Of a stretch of 64,000 nucleotides of DNA, positions 1 through 6,364 are shown piece by piece. Origin of the DNA: Escherichia phage JS98; sequence record NC_010105.1. The stretch is one strand, 5' to 3'. The first letter of the stretch is position 1; each line of letters begins with the position of its first letter. The translations under genes and the position numbers were made by a program. Under the pieces are notes generated by a model. The model was not told the DNA's origin. It was given only the letters and a program-made list of their open reading frames with translations, and did no database searches.

Positions 1-161
1 AGACGAGTTACTTCATATTTACCCAGTTCAGATTTTTTTGCTTCAATACGCGTTGCGGCTAGATTAGCAGCCTCTAGTGAAGAAAATTGGACCACTTGGG
101 AAGTATTCTGCCTTACACCACCTTGTGGGTGAGTAACAAAAACAATAAGAACATTATACAT
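1..161 (-). CDS. hypothetical protein, N-terminal part only (ORF runs off the left edge)
   Basis: ATG at 161 is preceded by a GAGGAAA SD. The frame MYNVLIVFVTHPQGG... stays open to position 1. It is absent from the ORF track because it is truncated. Confidence 0.45.
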   Translation of the reverse strand, partial: MYNVLIVFVTHPQGGVRQNTSQVVQFSSLEAANLAATRIEAKKSELGKYEVTR

Positions 162-182
162 AATATTTTCCTCAGAGTAAAC

Positions 183-422
183 TTAAATTTCAGCAACGTA
201 ATCGTTATGCAATTCCCACATATCATCAGAATTATTCTTAATGATAGGAATTATCTCATTAGAGATTTCTTCTGCATAAGGGTCATTGATACAGTGGGCA
301 TCTTCAAAACGAACACCGTAATCAGACTTCTTATAGGCAAAGCCATAAATCTTTTTAAACTTAGCACGACTAATTCGTACCGGCTCATCAGACTTATCAG
401 ACAGCGGAGAGTAATACCACAT
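183..422 (-). CDS. hypothetical early protein (79 aa)
   Basis: ORF track. The ATG sits behind a conserved early-promoter leader ending GAGGAGAACACTATG. No motif recognised. Confidence 0.6.
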   Translation of the reverse strand: MWYYSPLSDKSDEPVRISRAKFKKIYGFAYKKSDYGVRFEDAHCINDPYAEEISNEIIPIIKNNSDDMWELHNDYVAEI

Positions 423-450
423 AGTGTTCTCCTCATGTTGGTGTACGGTA

Positions 451-479
451 ATAGTATCACGGTTTTCTAGAGTTGTACA
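451..479 (-). promoter_or_regulatory. T4-type early (sigma70) promoter
   Basis: Minus strand TGTACA-17 nt-TACTAT, followed by the leader TTACCGTACACCAACATGAGGAGAACACTATG. Confidence 0.55.
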
Positions 480-796
480 TCACTTCTACAATATTCTAAA
501 AATAATTTATCGTTGTCTACTGTATCCCAACGTCGCCAAGATGGATTCCAGACCAAAGCGTTGTCACCACAATCATTGAGCTTAAAATGGTCATAGTACA
601 TAGCTATGTGTCTAGTCTCGTCACCAGAGAACCCTAGTATAGGCTCGCCGTGGGTATGATACATATGATGGTGCATTGAGAGGTCGCATTTATAAAACAT
701 CTCACGTTTACCACGGACGAACAAGAAAGCTTGCCCATTCATATAGAATTCTTTATCCGTTTTCAAAAGGTATTTGAATACTGAATCTTTATGCAT
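467..796 (-). CDS. hypothetical His-rich protein (109 aa from ATG 796)
   Basis: Start moved to the ATG at 796, which has a GGTAGGAGG SD. Contains the cluster HHHMYHTHGE. Confidence 0.55.
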   Translation of the reverse strand: MHKDSVFKYLLKTDKEFYMNGQAFLFVRGKREMFYKCDLSMHHHMYHTHGEPILGFSGDETRHIAMYYDHFKLNDCGDNALVWNPSWRRWDTVDNDKLFLEYCRSDVQL

Positions 797-826
797 AAGT
801 CCTCCTACCACATCCTTGTGGTTAAA

Positions 827-1054
827 TTATTTTCCTAACGAAATACGAGTAGGTTTTTTGCCAAAATATTCTTCATAAGAACCATCTAAACGACCTGCTT
901 TAGACCGACAATACGAATCGTACTTTTTGTAATAAGTCATCTCAGTATTATAACGCGGGTGTCTATCGGCCATAATAATACTTAACGGCCAACCTTTGGC
1001 ATAATCACGAAGACCGTTTATTTTACGAATGTATCTTTTCTTTAATTTTAGCAT
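827..1054 (-). CDS. hypothetical basic protein (75 aa)
   Basis: ORF track. The start overlaps the stop of the upstream gene by 7 nt. The SD is weak. Confidence 0.45.
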   Translation of the reverse strand: MLKLKKRYIRKINGLRDYAKGWPLSIIMADRHPRYNTEMTYYKKYDSYCRSKAGRLDGSYEEYFGKKPTRISLGK

Positions 1055-1272
1055 GAGCTCGGGTACCAGATTTTACCATCGGGACGAGCAACGAAGGTGC
1101 GACCAGCTTCTTCGCCGTAACAAGAGCTATTCAGCCAATCTTCAAGACGAACTTCACCATCGTAATCGTCTAACTCAACACCAAAACTTTGAGCAGAAGC
1201 CATATCTTTTACTTTCTTATACAGGGCAGCCAGTTCAAGAGCAGCTTTTTCTAATTCATCAATATCAGTCAT
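1048..1272 (-). CDS. small acidic protein, member 5 (most divergent) of the WxSSSxxC-tail paralog family
   Basis: N-terminal amphipathic helix, acidic core, C-terminus ...KIWYPSSC. Tandem with four paralogs. Confidence 0.65.
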   Translation of the reverse strand: MTDIDELEKAALELAALYKKVKDMASAQSFGVELDDYDGEVRLEDWLNSSCYGEEAGRTFVARPDGKIWYPSSC

Positions 1273-1282
1273 TTTTTATTCC

Positions 1283-1492
1283 TTAGCAAGACATAGAGGA
1301 GCTAAACCAGAAACCTTCACCTTCTGGGATACCGTAGTCATCACGGACCCATTCGTAATCATCATATTCCGGACTAGAAGCCGGAATATATTCTTCGCCA
1401 CCAGCGTGGAAGTGCTGACCTGTTTCGTCAGCCACGGACTGGCCTTTACGTACTAATTCACGGATTTGTTTTTCGATTTCATCAATAGTCAT
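1283..1492 (-). CDS. small acidic protein, WxSSSxxC-tail paralog family
   Basis: Ends ...GFWFSSSMSC. TAAGGA stop/SD junction with its neighbour. Confidence 0.7.
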   Translation of the reverse strand: MTIDEIEKQIRELVRKGQSVADETGQHFHAGGEEYIPASSPEYDDYEWVRDDYGIPEGEGFWFSSSMSC

Positions 1493-1501
1493 TTTATTAC
1501 C

Positions 1502-1699
1502 TTAGCATTCGTAAGAGGATGATACCCAAGAGGTACCACTAATAGTAATACAACCGTTATAAAGCGTGATATGTCGTTCTAAGTCACGAACACCATCGAT
1601 ATAGATATCAGCTTCTTCGCGTTCTTCTTTACAAATCTGGATAACGTTTTCAATAGCTGCGGCGGCAGTACGGATTGCACAATCTAATTCACGAGACAT
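1502..1699 (-). CDS. small acidic protein, WxSSSxxC-tail paralog family
   Basis: Ends ...TSWVSSSYEC. Tandem coupled arrangement. Confidence 0.7.
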   Translation of the reverse strand: MSRELDCAIRTAAAAIENVIQICKEEREEADIYIDGVRDLERHITLYNGCITISGTSWVSSSYEC

Positions 1700-1708
1700 A
1701 ATATTTCC

Positions 1709-1990
1709 TTAACATTCAGAAGAAGAGGACACCCAACCACCATTTTCCAGGTCAGTTGTATAGTCATGAGTATTAACAATAGCCCATTCAGGATGACCAT
1801 CTTCTTCCCAATGGGCAAGGTCAGCTTTCAAGGCACCAGGAGAATAATAGTCACCGCCCATACCGCGAGCAGGGTATATATTAAAATGAGTCTCATATTT
1901 GTCTGCAATTTCCTCGGCACGACGAATAGCTTCATGAATTTCTTTTACTGCGGCCAGAAGCTCTGGGTTGTTATGATTATCATTCATCAT
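1709..1990 (-). CDS. small acidic protein, WxSSSxxC-tail paralog family
   Basis: Ends ...GGWVSSSSEC. Shares AEEIADKYETHF with the next paralog (CEAIADKYGIQF). Confidence 0.7.
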   Translation of the reverse strand: MMNDNHNNPELLAAVKEIHEAIRRAEEIADKYETHFNIYPARGMGGDYYSPGALKADLAHWEEDGHPEWAIVNTHDYTTDLENGGWVSSSSEC

Positions 1991-1999
1991 AGCTTTTCC

Positions 2000-2290
2000 T
2001 TAGCACATTGCTGAAGAGGAGACCCAGGCACCAACTGTAACGACACCGTTTTCAACTTCACCGCCATTGTTTTCAATTTCATCTTTAAACCACTGGGAGC
2101 ATTCATAACCAACAGGGTAGTATGTACGTCCTGAGCCATAATCACCTGTTCCGAATTGAATACCATACTTATCGGCAATAGCTTCACATTTGTGTTCGAT
2201 GATATCCACTTTATTCAGAAGAGCATAGATAGCCTTTTCTGCAGATTTCTCGTCGTTGTATTCAGGGATTTCAATTTCAATTTTATTCAT
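2000..2290 (-). CDS. small acidic protein, WxSSSxxC-tail paralog family
   Basis: Ends ...GAWVSSSAMC. ATGA overlap with the upstream membrane-protein gene. Confidence 0.7.
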   Translation of the reverse strand: MNKIEIEIPEYNDEKSAEKAIYALLNKVDIIEHKCEAIADKYGIQFGTGDYGSGRTYYPVGYECSQWFKDEIENNGGEVENGVVTVGAWVSSSAMC

Positions 2291-2640
2291 GATTTACATT
2301 CCTTAATAAAGGTTTCAAGGTCATTACGGTTGGTTTGTTTTACATACTCATTATAATTAGCCATCTCTAAAGCATATCTCTTACGGATGGGAGCATTCAA
2401 AGCATTTGTATGGCAAATATCATACACGAGAGGGATAAAATAAGCCACGACGGCCGGAGCGATTATCATATAGAAACCCATCTCAATAGGCATGACTCCT
2501 TCGATTGCAGCCATAACTGTGGTCATTACCAGACCAACCAGACCGCCGAGCATACCTGTGACAATTCCCGTGAATAAGGAAATAGCAATATCATATTCAG
2601 CCAATTGATAAACATGCGATGAAAGACTAGGCCGTTCCAT
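2287..2640 (-). CDS. small integral membrane protein (2 predicted TM helices, 117 aa)
   Basis: Start set at ATG 2640 (AAGAGG SD). Hydrophobic stretches IAISLFTGIVTGMLGGLVGLVMTTVMAAI and GFYMIIAPAVVAYFIPLVYDI. Confidence 0.6.
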   Translation of the reverse strand: MERPSLSSHVYQLAEYDIAISLFTGIVTGMLGGLVGLVMTTVMAAIEGVMPIEMGFYMIIAPAVVAYFIPLVYDICHTNALNAPIRKRYALEMANYNEYVKQTNRNDLETFIKECKS

Positions 2641-3169
2641 TTTGAACCTCTTTAGCGTATTCACGGCATTCAGCAATAAAACGATTAAGCTTCCGTTGTT
2701 GTTTACGACTTTCTAATGTGTACTCAGCAGTTAAGATACCAAGCTCGGCTTTATCATAATTTTTAATATCGGTGTAAGATGGCCGACGGTCGACCATTCC
2801 AAATACATCACCATTTTCTAAAGCCACATAGCATACTAAATGGTAATCATCGTCTGCCATATTAAGAAGCACACAATCATTGCTCTCATTTAAAGAATAT
2901 ACTGAATAACGTAGTCCAGCGAATTCCACTCGTTGAATAGCCAGATTTACGTCAATAATTTCCAAAGCATCTTCAAAAGAAAGGTCTTCAGCTAAAGCAA
3001 AAATAAAAGGTAATTTGGTAGTATCGCCACGGCTAGATGTTCTGCTTAAGAAATCGTTTGAATAGCCTAGGTCTTGGCGAATTCTATAAAGAACTGAATT
3101 GGTTTCATGGGAAAGACCACTATTTTTAAACCAATCAATATTTGATATAAGGTTATCATATAAACTCAT
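2627..3169 (-). CDS. hypothetical protein (180 aa)
   Basis: ORF track. Strong SD GGAGGAGAGGAG upstream of the ATG. No motif recognised. Confidence 0.65.
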   Translation of the reverse strand: MSLYDNLISNIDWFKNSGLSHETNSVLYRIRQDLGYSNDFLSRTSSRGDTTKLPFIFALAEDLSFEDALEIIDVNLAIQRVEFAGLRYSVYSLNESNDCVLLNMADDDYHLVCYVALENGDVFGMVDRRPSYTDIKNYDKAELGILTAEYTLESRKQQRKLNRFIAECREYAKEVQNGTA

Positions 3170-3192
3170 AATATTCTCCTCTCCTCCAAATA

Positions 3193-3210
3193 GGGAGACC
3201 GAAGTCTCCC
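3193..3210 (-). terminator. GC-rich stem-loop (weak terminator or RNA-stabilising hairpin)
   Basis: GGGAGAC-CGAA-GTCTCCC, with a poor U-tract on the minus strand. Confidence 0.35.
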
Positions 3211-3217
3211 GGTAACA

Positions 3218-3811
3218 TTACTTAAGTGAATTAATGTAGTCTTCGATATCGGCTGAAGTCGTGTCCATTCCAACTTGTGGGCCTTTAAACGTTTCTACAC
3301 GCAGCAGAGTATCTTCAATATCAATCTTAGTCAGTGCAGCTATTTCAACCACATCATCGGCAGTAGCAATACCAAGGGCGGCCATATTACGAGTTTCACG
3401 GATGTACTCGAGCTTAACAGCCAGTTCCTGACGAGAGTCATCAAGTTCCTTGACCTTCAGTTTAATTTCATTACGCATTTCGATATAATCGTCAGCTTTC
3501 TTACGAAGTTGAGTGGCTGTACGACGATAAAGGAGGCCGAGTTTAGCATGTACCTGAACATCGGCGCCTTCGGCAATCAGTTTACGAATTTCGCGTTCTT
3601 TAGAAGCAGCCAGTTGGTCTTTTTCATTTGCCAATGCACGAATGCGTTTTTCTTCATTCACAGACTTAACATGAGCAGTCTGGAGTTCGGTAATTTTATC
3701 AATCAGGGTAGAAGCAGCTTTAGTATACTGGTCTTCGATTGACAGGTTCTGAGTCATTGCGGTACCCAGTTTAGAACGGATGAACTCAACAATTTTCTTT
3801 AAAGTATTCAT
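3218..3811 (-). CDS. all-helical coiled-coil protein, possibly PspA/IM30-like (197 aa)
   Basis: Start set at ATG 3811 (GAAGGAAA SD), downstream of early promoter 3855-3883. Long heptad-rich helices whose length and layout resemble PspA. The family assignment is unverified. Confidence 0.6.
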   Translation of the reverse strand: MNTLKKIVEFIRSKLGTAMTQNLSIEDQYTKAASTLIDKITELQTAHVKSVNEEKRIRALANEKDQLAASKEREIRKLIAEGADVQVHAKLGLLYRRTATQLRKKADDYIEMRNEIKLKVKELDDSRQELAVKLEYIRETRNMAALGIATADDVVEIAALTKIDIEDTLLRVETFKGPQVGMDTTSADIEDYINSLK

Positions 3812-3854
3812 AGTATTTCCTTCAGTCGGTTGGTATTTTGTAATCCATGAGGAC

Positions 3855-3883
3855 ATTATACCCTGTCCTCTGAGGGTTGTAAA
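3855..3883 (-). promoter_or_regulatory. T4-type early promoter
   Basis: Minus strand GTTTACA-17 nt-TATAAT, upstream of the coiled-coil protein gene. Confidence 0.7.
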
Positions 3884-3887
3884 CATT

Positions 3888-4286
3888 TTATTTCATTTTA
3901 GCGAGGCAGATTTCATTGGCTTCCCATTGAGCTTGCTTAATAATAGCTTTGGATACAGGAACCTTTTGACCATAAGTTTTTGACGTTGAGAGAACAATAT
4001 ATTTGTTTGCCTCATTATGCCAACCTAGTGATTTTTCGCCATGACTACCTTTAACCACAGCTGACACCTCAACAGAGCAACCACCATCAGAAATCTTGGT
4101 TTCTACAATCCATTCATTTCTCTCGGCAGCTTCAATTTCCGATCTCCTTTTTTCTTCATACATGGTGGCCCAATCGGTTTTTGCCAAGTTGAAAGCAAGA
4201 GCTTTCTCTAATTCTTTGGCAGCTTTTTGTTGTTCAGGTGTTAATGAATTATATAACTCTTGCATTTCTTTATCTTCGATATTCAT
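3888..4286 (-). CDS. hypothetical early protein (132 aa)
   Basis: ORF track. GAGGAGAACATAATG leader behind early promoter 4312-4340. Confidence 0.6.
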   Translation of the reverse strand: MNIEDKEMQELYNSLTPEQQKAAKELEKALAFNLAKTDWATMYEEKRRSEIEAAERNEWIVETKISDGGCSVEVSAVVKGSHGEKSLGWHNEANKYIVLSTSKTYGQKVPVSKAIIKQAQWEANEICLAKMK

Positions 4287-4311
4287 TATGTTCTCCTCAA
4301 ATTACGGGCTC

Positions 4312-4340
4312 ATAATATCTCAATCATGGGCCCATGTAAA
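4312..4340 (-). promoter_or_regulatory. T4-type early promoter
   Basis: Minus strand GTTTACA-17 nt-TATTAT. Confidence 0.65.
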
Positions 4341-4343
4341 CAA

Positions 4344-4607
4344 TTATTTCATATTATTGAAATAATCTTCTGCATTAAAATCGTTATCATGGTAAACTTT
4401 GGTAGACGTTTTGGCGTAGCCTTCAGCTGAGAACATATTAATCACAACTTTAATTGTATACCACTGTCCATCTTCGTTACCCATTACTGCATAGGTTTCA
4501 TACACTGGGTGTTCAGGACCGATAACCTTAATATCGTTAACAGTAGCACCAAATTCTTCAGGAACGCATTTCATAAAGAAATTAAACAATTCACCATAAT
4601 TATCCAT
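4344..4607 (-). CDS. hypothetical early protein (87 aa)
   Basis: Start moved to ATG 4607 (AAGGAGAG SD), behind early promoter 4642-4669. Confidence 0.55.
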   Translation of the reverse strand: MDNYGELFNFFMKCVPEEFGATVNDIKVIGPEHPVYETYAVMGNEDGQWYTIKVVINMFSAEGYAKTSTKVYHDNDFNAEDYFNNMK

Positions 4608-4641
4608 TTTACTCTCCTTCACACTGTTGTTTTGATAGGTC

Positions 4642-4669
4642 TATAGTATCATGTTTAAAGGAGGTGTAA
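4642..4669 (-). promoter_or_regulatory. T4-type early promoter (cassette family TACTATAGxCCTATCAAAACA)
   Basis: Minus strand GTTTACA-16 nt-TACTAT, plus a conserved initial transcribed region. Confidence 0.65.
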
Positions 4670-4706
4670 ACAACTTTGTGAAATTATTTTTAGTTTAAAC
4701 CCCCTA

Positions 4707-4728
4707 AAAGGAGACCAAAGTCTCCTTT
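4707..4728 (-). terminator. rho-independent terminator
   Basis: AAAGGAGAC-loop-GTCTCCTTT, followed on the minus strand by TAGGGGGTTT. Lies 3 nt after the stop at 4731. Confidence 0.6.
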
Positions 4729-4730
4729 CA

Positions 4731-5348
4731 TTATTTACGGGTCTTTTCGAACTGTGCTGCGTCACCTGCAAGGCGGCGGGCTTGACGAAGTTTGTTATCA
4801 ATTTCTTCGTGCATAGGCTGGGTATACTTAAGGCCTTCAACCGTCAGGTAAAGACGATAGAGGTCCGGGGTATCTAGGTTGTTAATGTGCTGCCCATTAC
4901 GAAGGGCGTTGAATTCTCGAACGAGTTGTTTAGTTTCGGATTCGATTTCAGAAACCAAAGAAGCCAGCTGGTTATATTTTTTAACAATAGTGCTGGTGTC
5001 GAACTTGATTTTAGGTTTAGGAGCTTCTTTTACAGGCTCTGCTTTAGGTGTAGGTTTCGGCGCTGCAACTTTGGTCTGAGCCGCGGGTTTAGAAACAGGA
5101 GCTTTAGCTGGTTTAGCAGGCTTAGTAGAGCCACCGGCTACGATATCTTTAAAAGCTTTGGAAGCTTTGTAATATTCTTTCTGGCTACTAGTATCAAAAC
5201 CATACATATCATAAACGTTTTTAAAGAACTCGGTAGTGGTTTTAGTCCCGGAAATTTTATCATAAGCAGCTTGCCACATATCTTTAGTCATGCGCACGCC
5301 GGCTTCATTCAGAACGCTTTCGTTCAAAAATTCATTGTAAGTTTTCAT
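4731..5348 (-). CDS. internal head protein-like (IPIII-like) with capsid-targeting leader
   Basis: N-terminus MKTYNEFLNE matches the T4 IP leader MKTYQEFIAE, including the L-x-E prohead-protease site. Lys/Pro/Ala-rich basic core. TATAAATA late promoter upstream. Confidence 0.7.
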   Translation of the reverse strand: MKTYNEFLNESVLNEAGVRMTKDMWQAAYDKISGTKTTTEFFKNVYDMYGFDTSSQKEYYKASKAFKDIVAGGSTKPAKPAKAPVSKPAAQTKVAAPKPTPKAEPVKEAPKPKIKFDTSTIVKKYNQLASLVSEIESETKQLVREFNALRNGQHINNLDTPDLYRLYLTVEGLKYTQPMHEEIDNKLRQARRLAGDAAQFEKTRK

Positions 5349-5366
5349 TATTGTTTCCTGTGTTAA

Positions 5367-5374
5367 TTAACTTA
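5367..5374 (-). promoter_or_regulatory. late promoter TATAAATA
   Basis: Exact TATAAATA 19 nt upstream of the ATG at 5348. Part of the repeated cassette. Confidence 0.7.
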
Positions 5375-5380
5375 TCTATT

Positions 5381-5402
5381 TATACAAAAAGGCCCAACCT
5401 TT
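5381..5402 (-). terminator. rho-independent terminator (repeat cassette copy 1)
   Basis: GGCCC..CCTT-loop-AAGG..GGGCC, then TTTTTG on the minus strand. Confidence 0.65.
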
Positions 5403-5417
5403 CGGAAGGGCCGTAAA

Positions 5418-5972
5418 TCAGTTCTTGTAGAACCGGAACGGGTTCACGTGGAAGGCCAACATAGCTTTAGGGATTTTACGAGACAAAAGACTCTTAAGCT
5501 TCCAGCCACAGTACACGCGAAGGTAAAATGTGATTCCGCCGACCTTAAGATAAGGAACTGAAGCAAATACACCCCAGGCGTCATCATTCCACATCCACAA
5601 CCAACCATGGTGAGCTTTATCAGGAGAACCTGATTCTACGTCAGGATTACCACGATAATGGAATTCCGAGCTACAATCACGGCCTAGTTTATGATAAGCA
5701 AAGTTATAAGCTTTATTTCGCCATAGCCAAGCTACTCTCTGGAGATAAACACCACCAGGCATTTTCCTGATTTTAGCCCAACGTTTAATATGACCTTTAT
5801 CGCCGTCAATTGGATTATCGTATGTCATCATCCAATCAAAACCGTATGGCAATTTACCAGTCTTTTTATTATGAAAAGGAACCACAAAAGGCGCAAGGAT
5901 AACGGCTAGAACCATAGAGATAAAATCTAGTGGGACCAACAGAATCCAACTCAAATATTTTAAAAGTTTCAT
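5418..5972 (-). CDS. N-terminally membrane-anchored Trp-rich protein of unknown function (184 aa), late-expressed
   Basis: ORF track. TM segment LSWILLVPLDFISMVLAVILAPFVVPF. Own TATAAATA promoter. Flanked by repeated terminator cassettes. Confidence 0.65.
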   Translation of the reverse strand: MKLLKYLSWILLVPLDFISMVLAVILAPFVVPFHNKKTGKLPYGFDWMMTYDNPIDGDKGHIKRWAKIRKMPGGVYLQRVAWLWRNKAYNFAYHKLGRDCSSEFHYRGNPDVESGSPDKAHHGWLWMWNDDAWGVFASVPYLKVGGITFYLRVYCGWKLKSLLSRKIPKAMLAFHVNPFRFYKN

Positions 5973-5998
5973 ATTATTTCCTAAGTTAGTTTACTGTA

Positions 5999-6006
5999 TA
6001 TTTATA
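5999..6006 (-). promoter_or_regulatory. late promoter TATAAATA
   Basis: Exact TATAAATA 27 nt upstream of the ATG at 5972. Part of the repeated cassette. Confidence 0.7.
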
Positions 6007-6013
6007 CAAAAAA

Positions 6014-6035
6014 GGCCCAACCTTTCGGAAGGGCC
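6014..6035 (-). terminator. rho-independent terminator (repeat cassette copy 2), end of the tRNA/ncRNA transcript
   Basis: Hairpin identical to 5381-5402, followed by TTTTTTG on the minus strand. Confidence 0.65.
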
Positions 6036-6039
6036 TTTA

Positions 6040-6205
6040 ACCTAGGGTAACCTTGTCGGGGTTCCACCTGCTAGGCAAGTGTTCTGTGCGCCGTTTCAGC
6101 TGTGAGATAAGGGACTTTAAGAGGAACTCATGTACTCCTTAAAGTCGGGTCTTATTCAGGGAACTTCAGTCCGACGACTTACCGGTAGCGACCCGGTTTC
6201 TTGTT
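6040..6205 (-). ncRNA. candidate stable structured RNA(s), positional analogue of T4 rnaD/rnaC
   Basis: About 165 nt non-coding stretch between tRNA-Arg and a terminator. Several hairpins, e.g. GACTTTAAGGAG...CTCTTAAAGTC and CACTTGC-CTA-GCAGGTG. In T4, stable RNAs follow tRNA-Arg. Confidence 0.35.
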
Positions 6206-6281
6206 TGGTCGAGACAGTAGGGATCGAACCTACGACCTACGGTTTAGAAGACCGTTGCTCTTCCTTCTGAGCTATGCCTCG
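6206..6281 (-). tRNA. tRNA-Arg (anticodon UCU)
   Basis: Hand-folded cloverleaf. Acceptor CGAGGCA/TGTCTCG, anticodon arm ACGGT-CTTCTAA-ACCGT, T-loop GTAGG-TTCGATC-CCTAC, encoded CCA. Confidence 0.85.
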
Positions 6282-6285
6282 TATT

Positions 6286-6360
6286 TGGCGGACATGCATG
6301 GATTCGAACCATGGACCAATTGATTAACAGTCAACTGCTCTACCGCTGAGCTACACATCC
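6286..6360 (-). tRNA. tRNA-Asn (anticodon GUU)
   Basis: Hand-folded cloverleaf. Anticodon arm GTTGA-CTGTTAA-TCAAT, T-arm CATGG-TTCGAAT-CCATG, encoded CCA. Confidence 0.8.
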
Positions 6361-6364
6361 AAAT

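Noticed and set aside
87-470. 127-aa plus-strand ORF at the left end
   Set aside because: It overlaps two minus-strand ORFs that have promoters, SDs and tight coupling. There is no plus-strand signal, and all other accessory genes in this region are on the minus strand.
4887-5366. 159-aa plus-strand ORF
   Set aside because: It is antisense to the CTS-bearing internal protein gene, which has a promoter, SD and terminator. The Phe/Arg/Ser-rich translation is implausible.
6130-6270. Short plus-strand ORF starting ATGTACTCC... across the ncRNA and tRNA-Arg region
   Set aside because: It is under 60 aa, has no SD, and runs antisense through a well-folded tRNA. It is a chance ORF.
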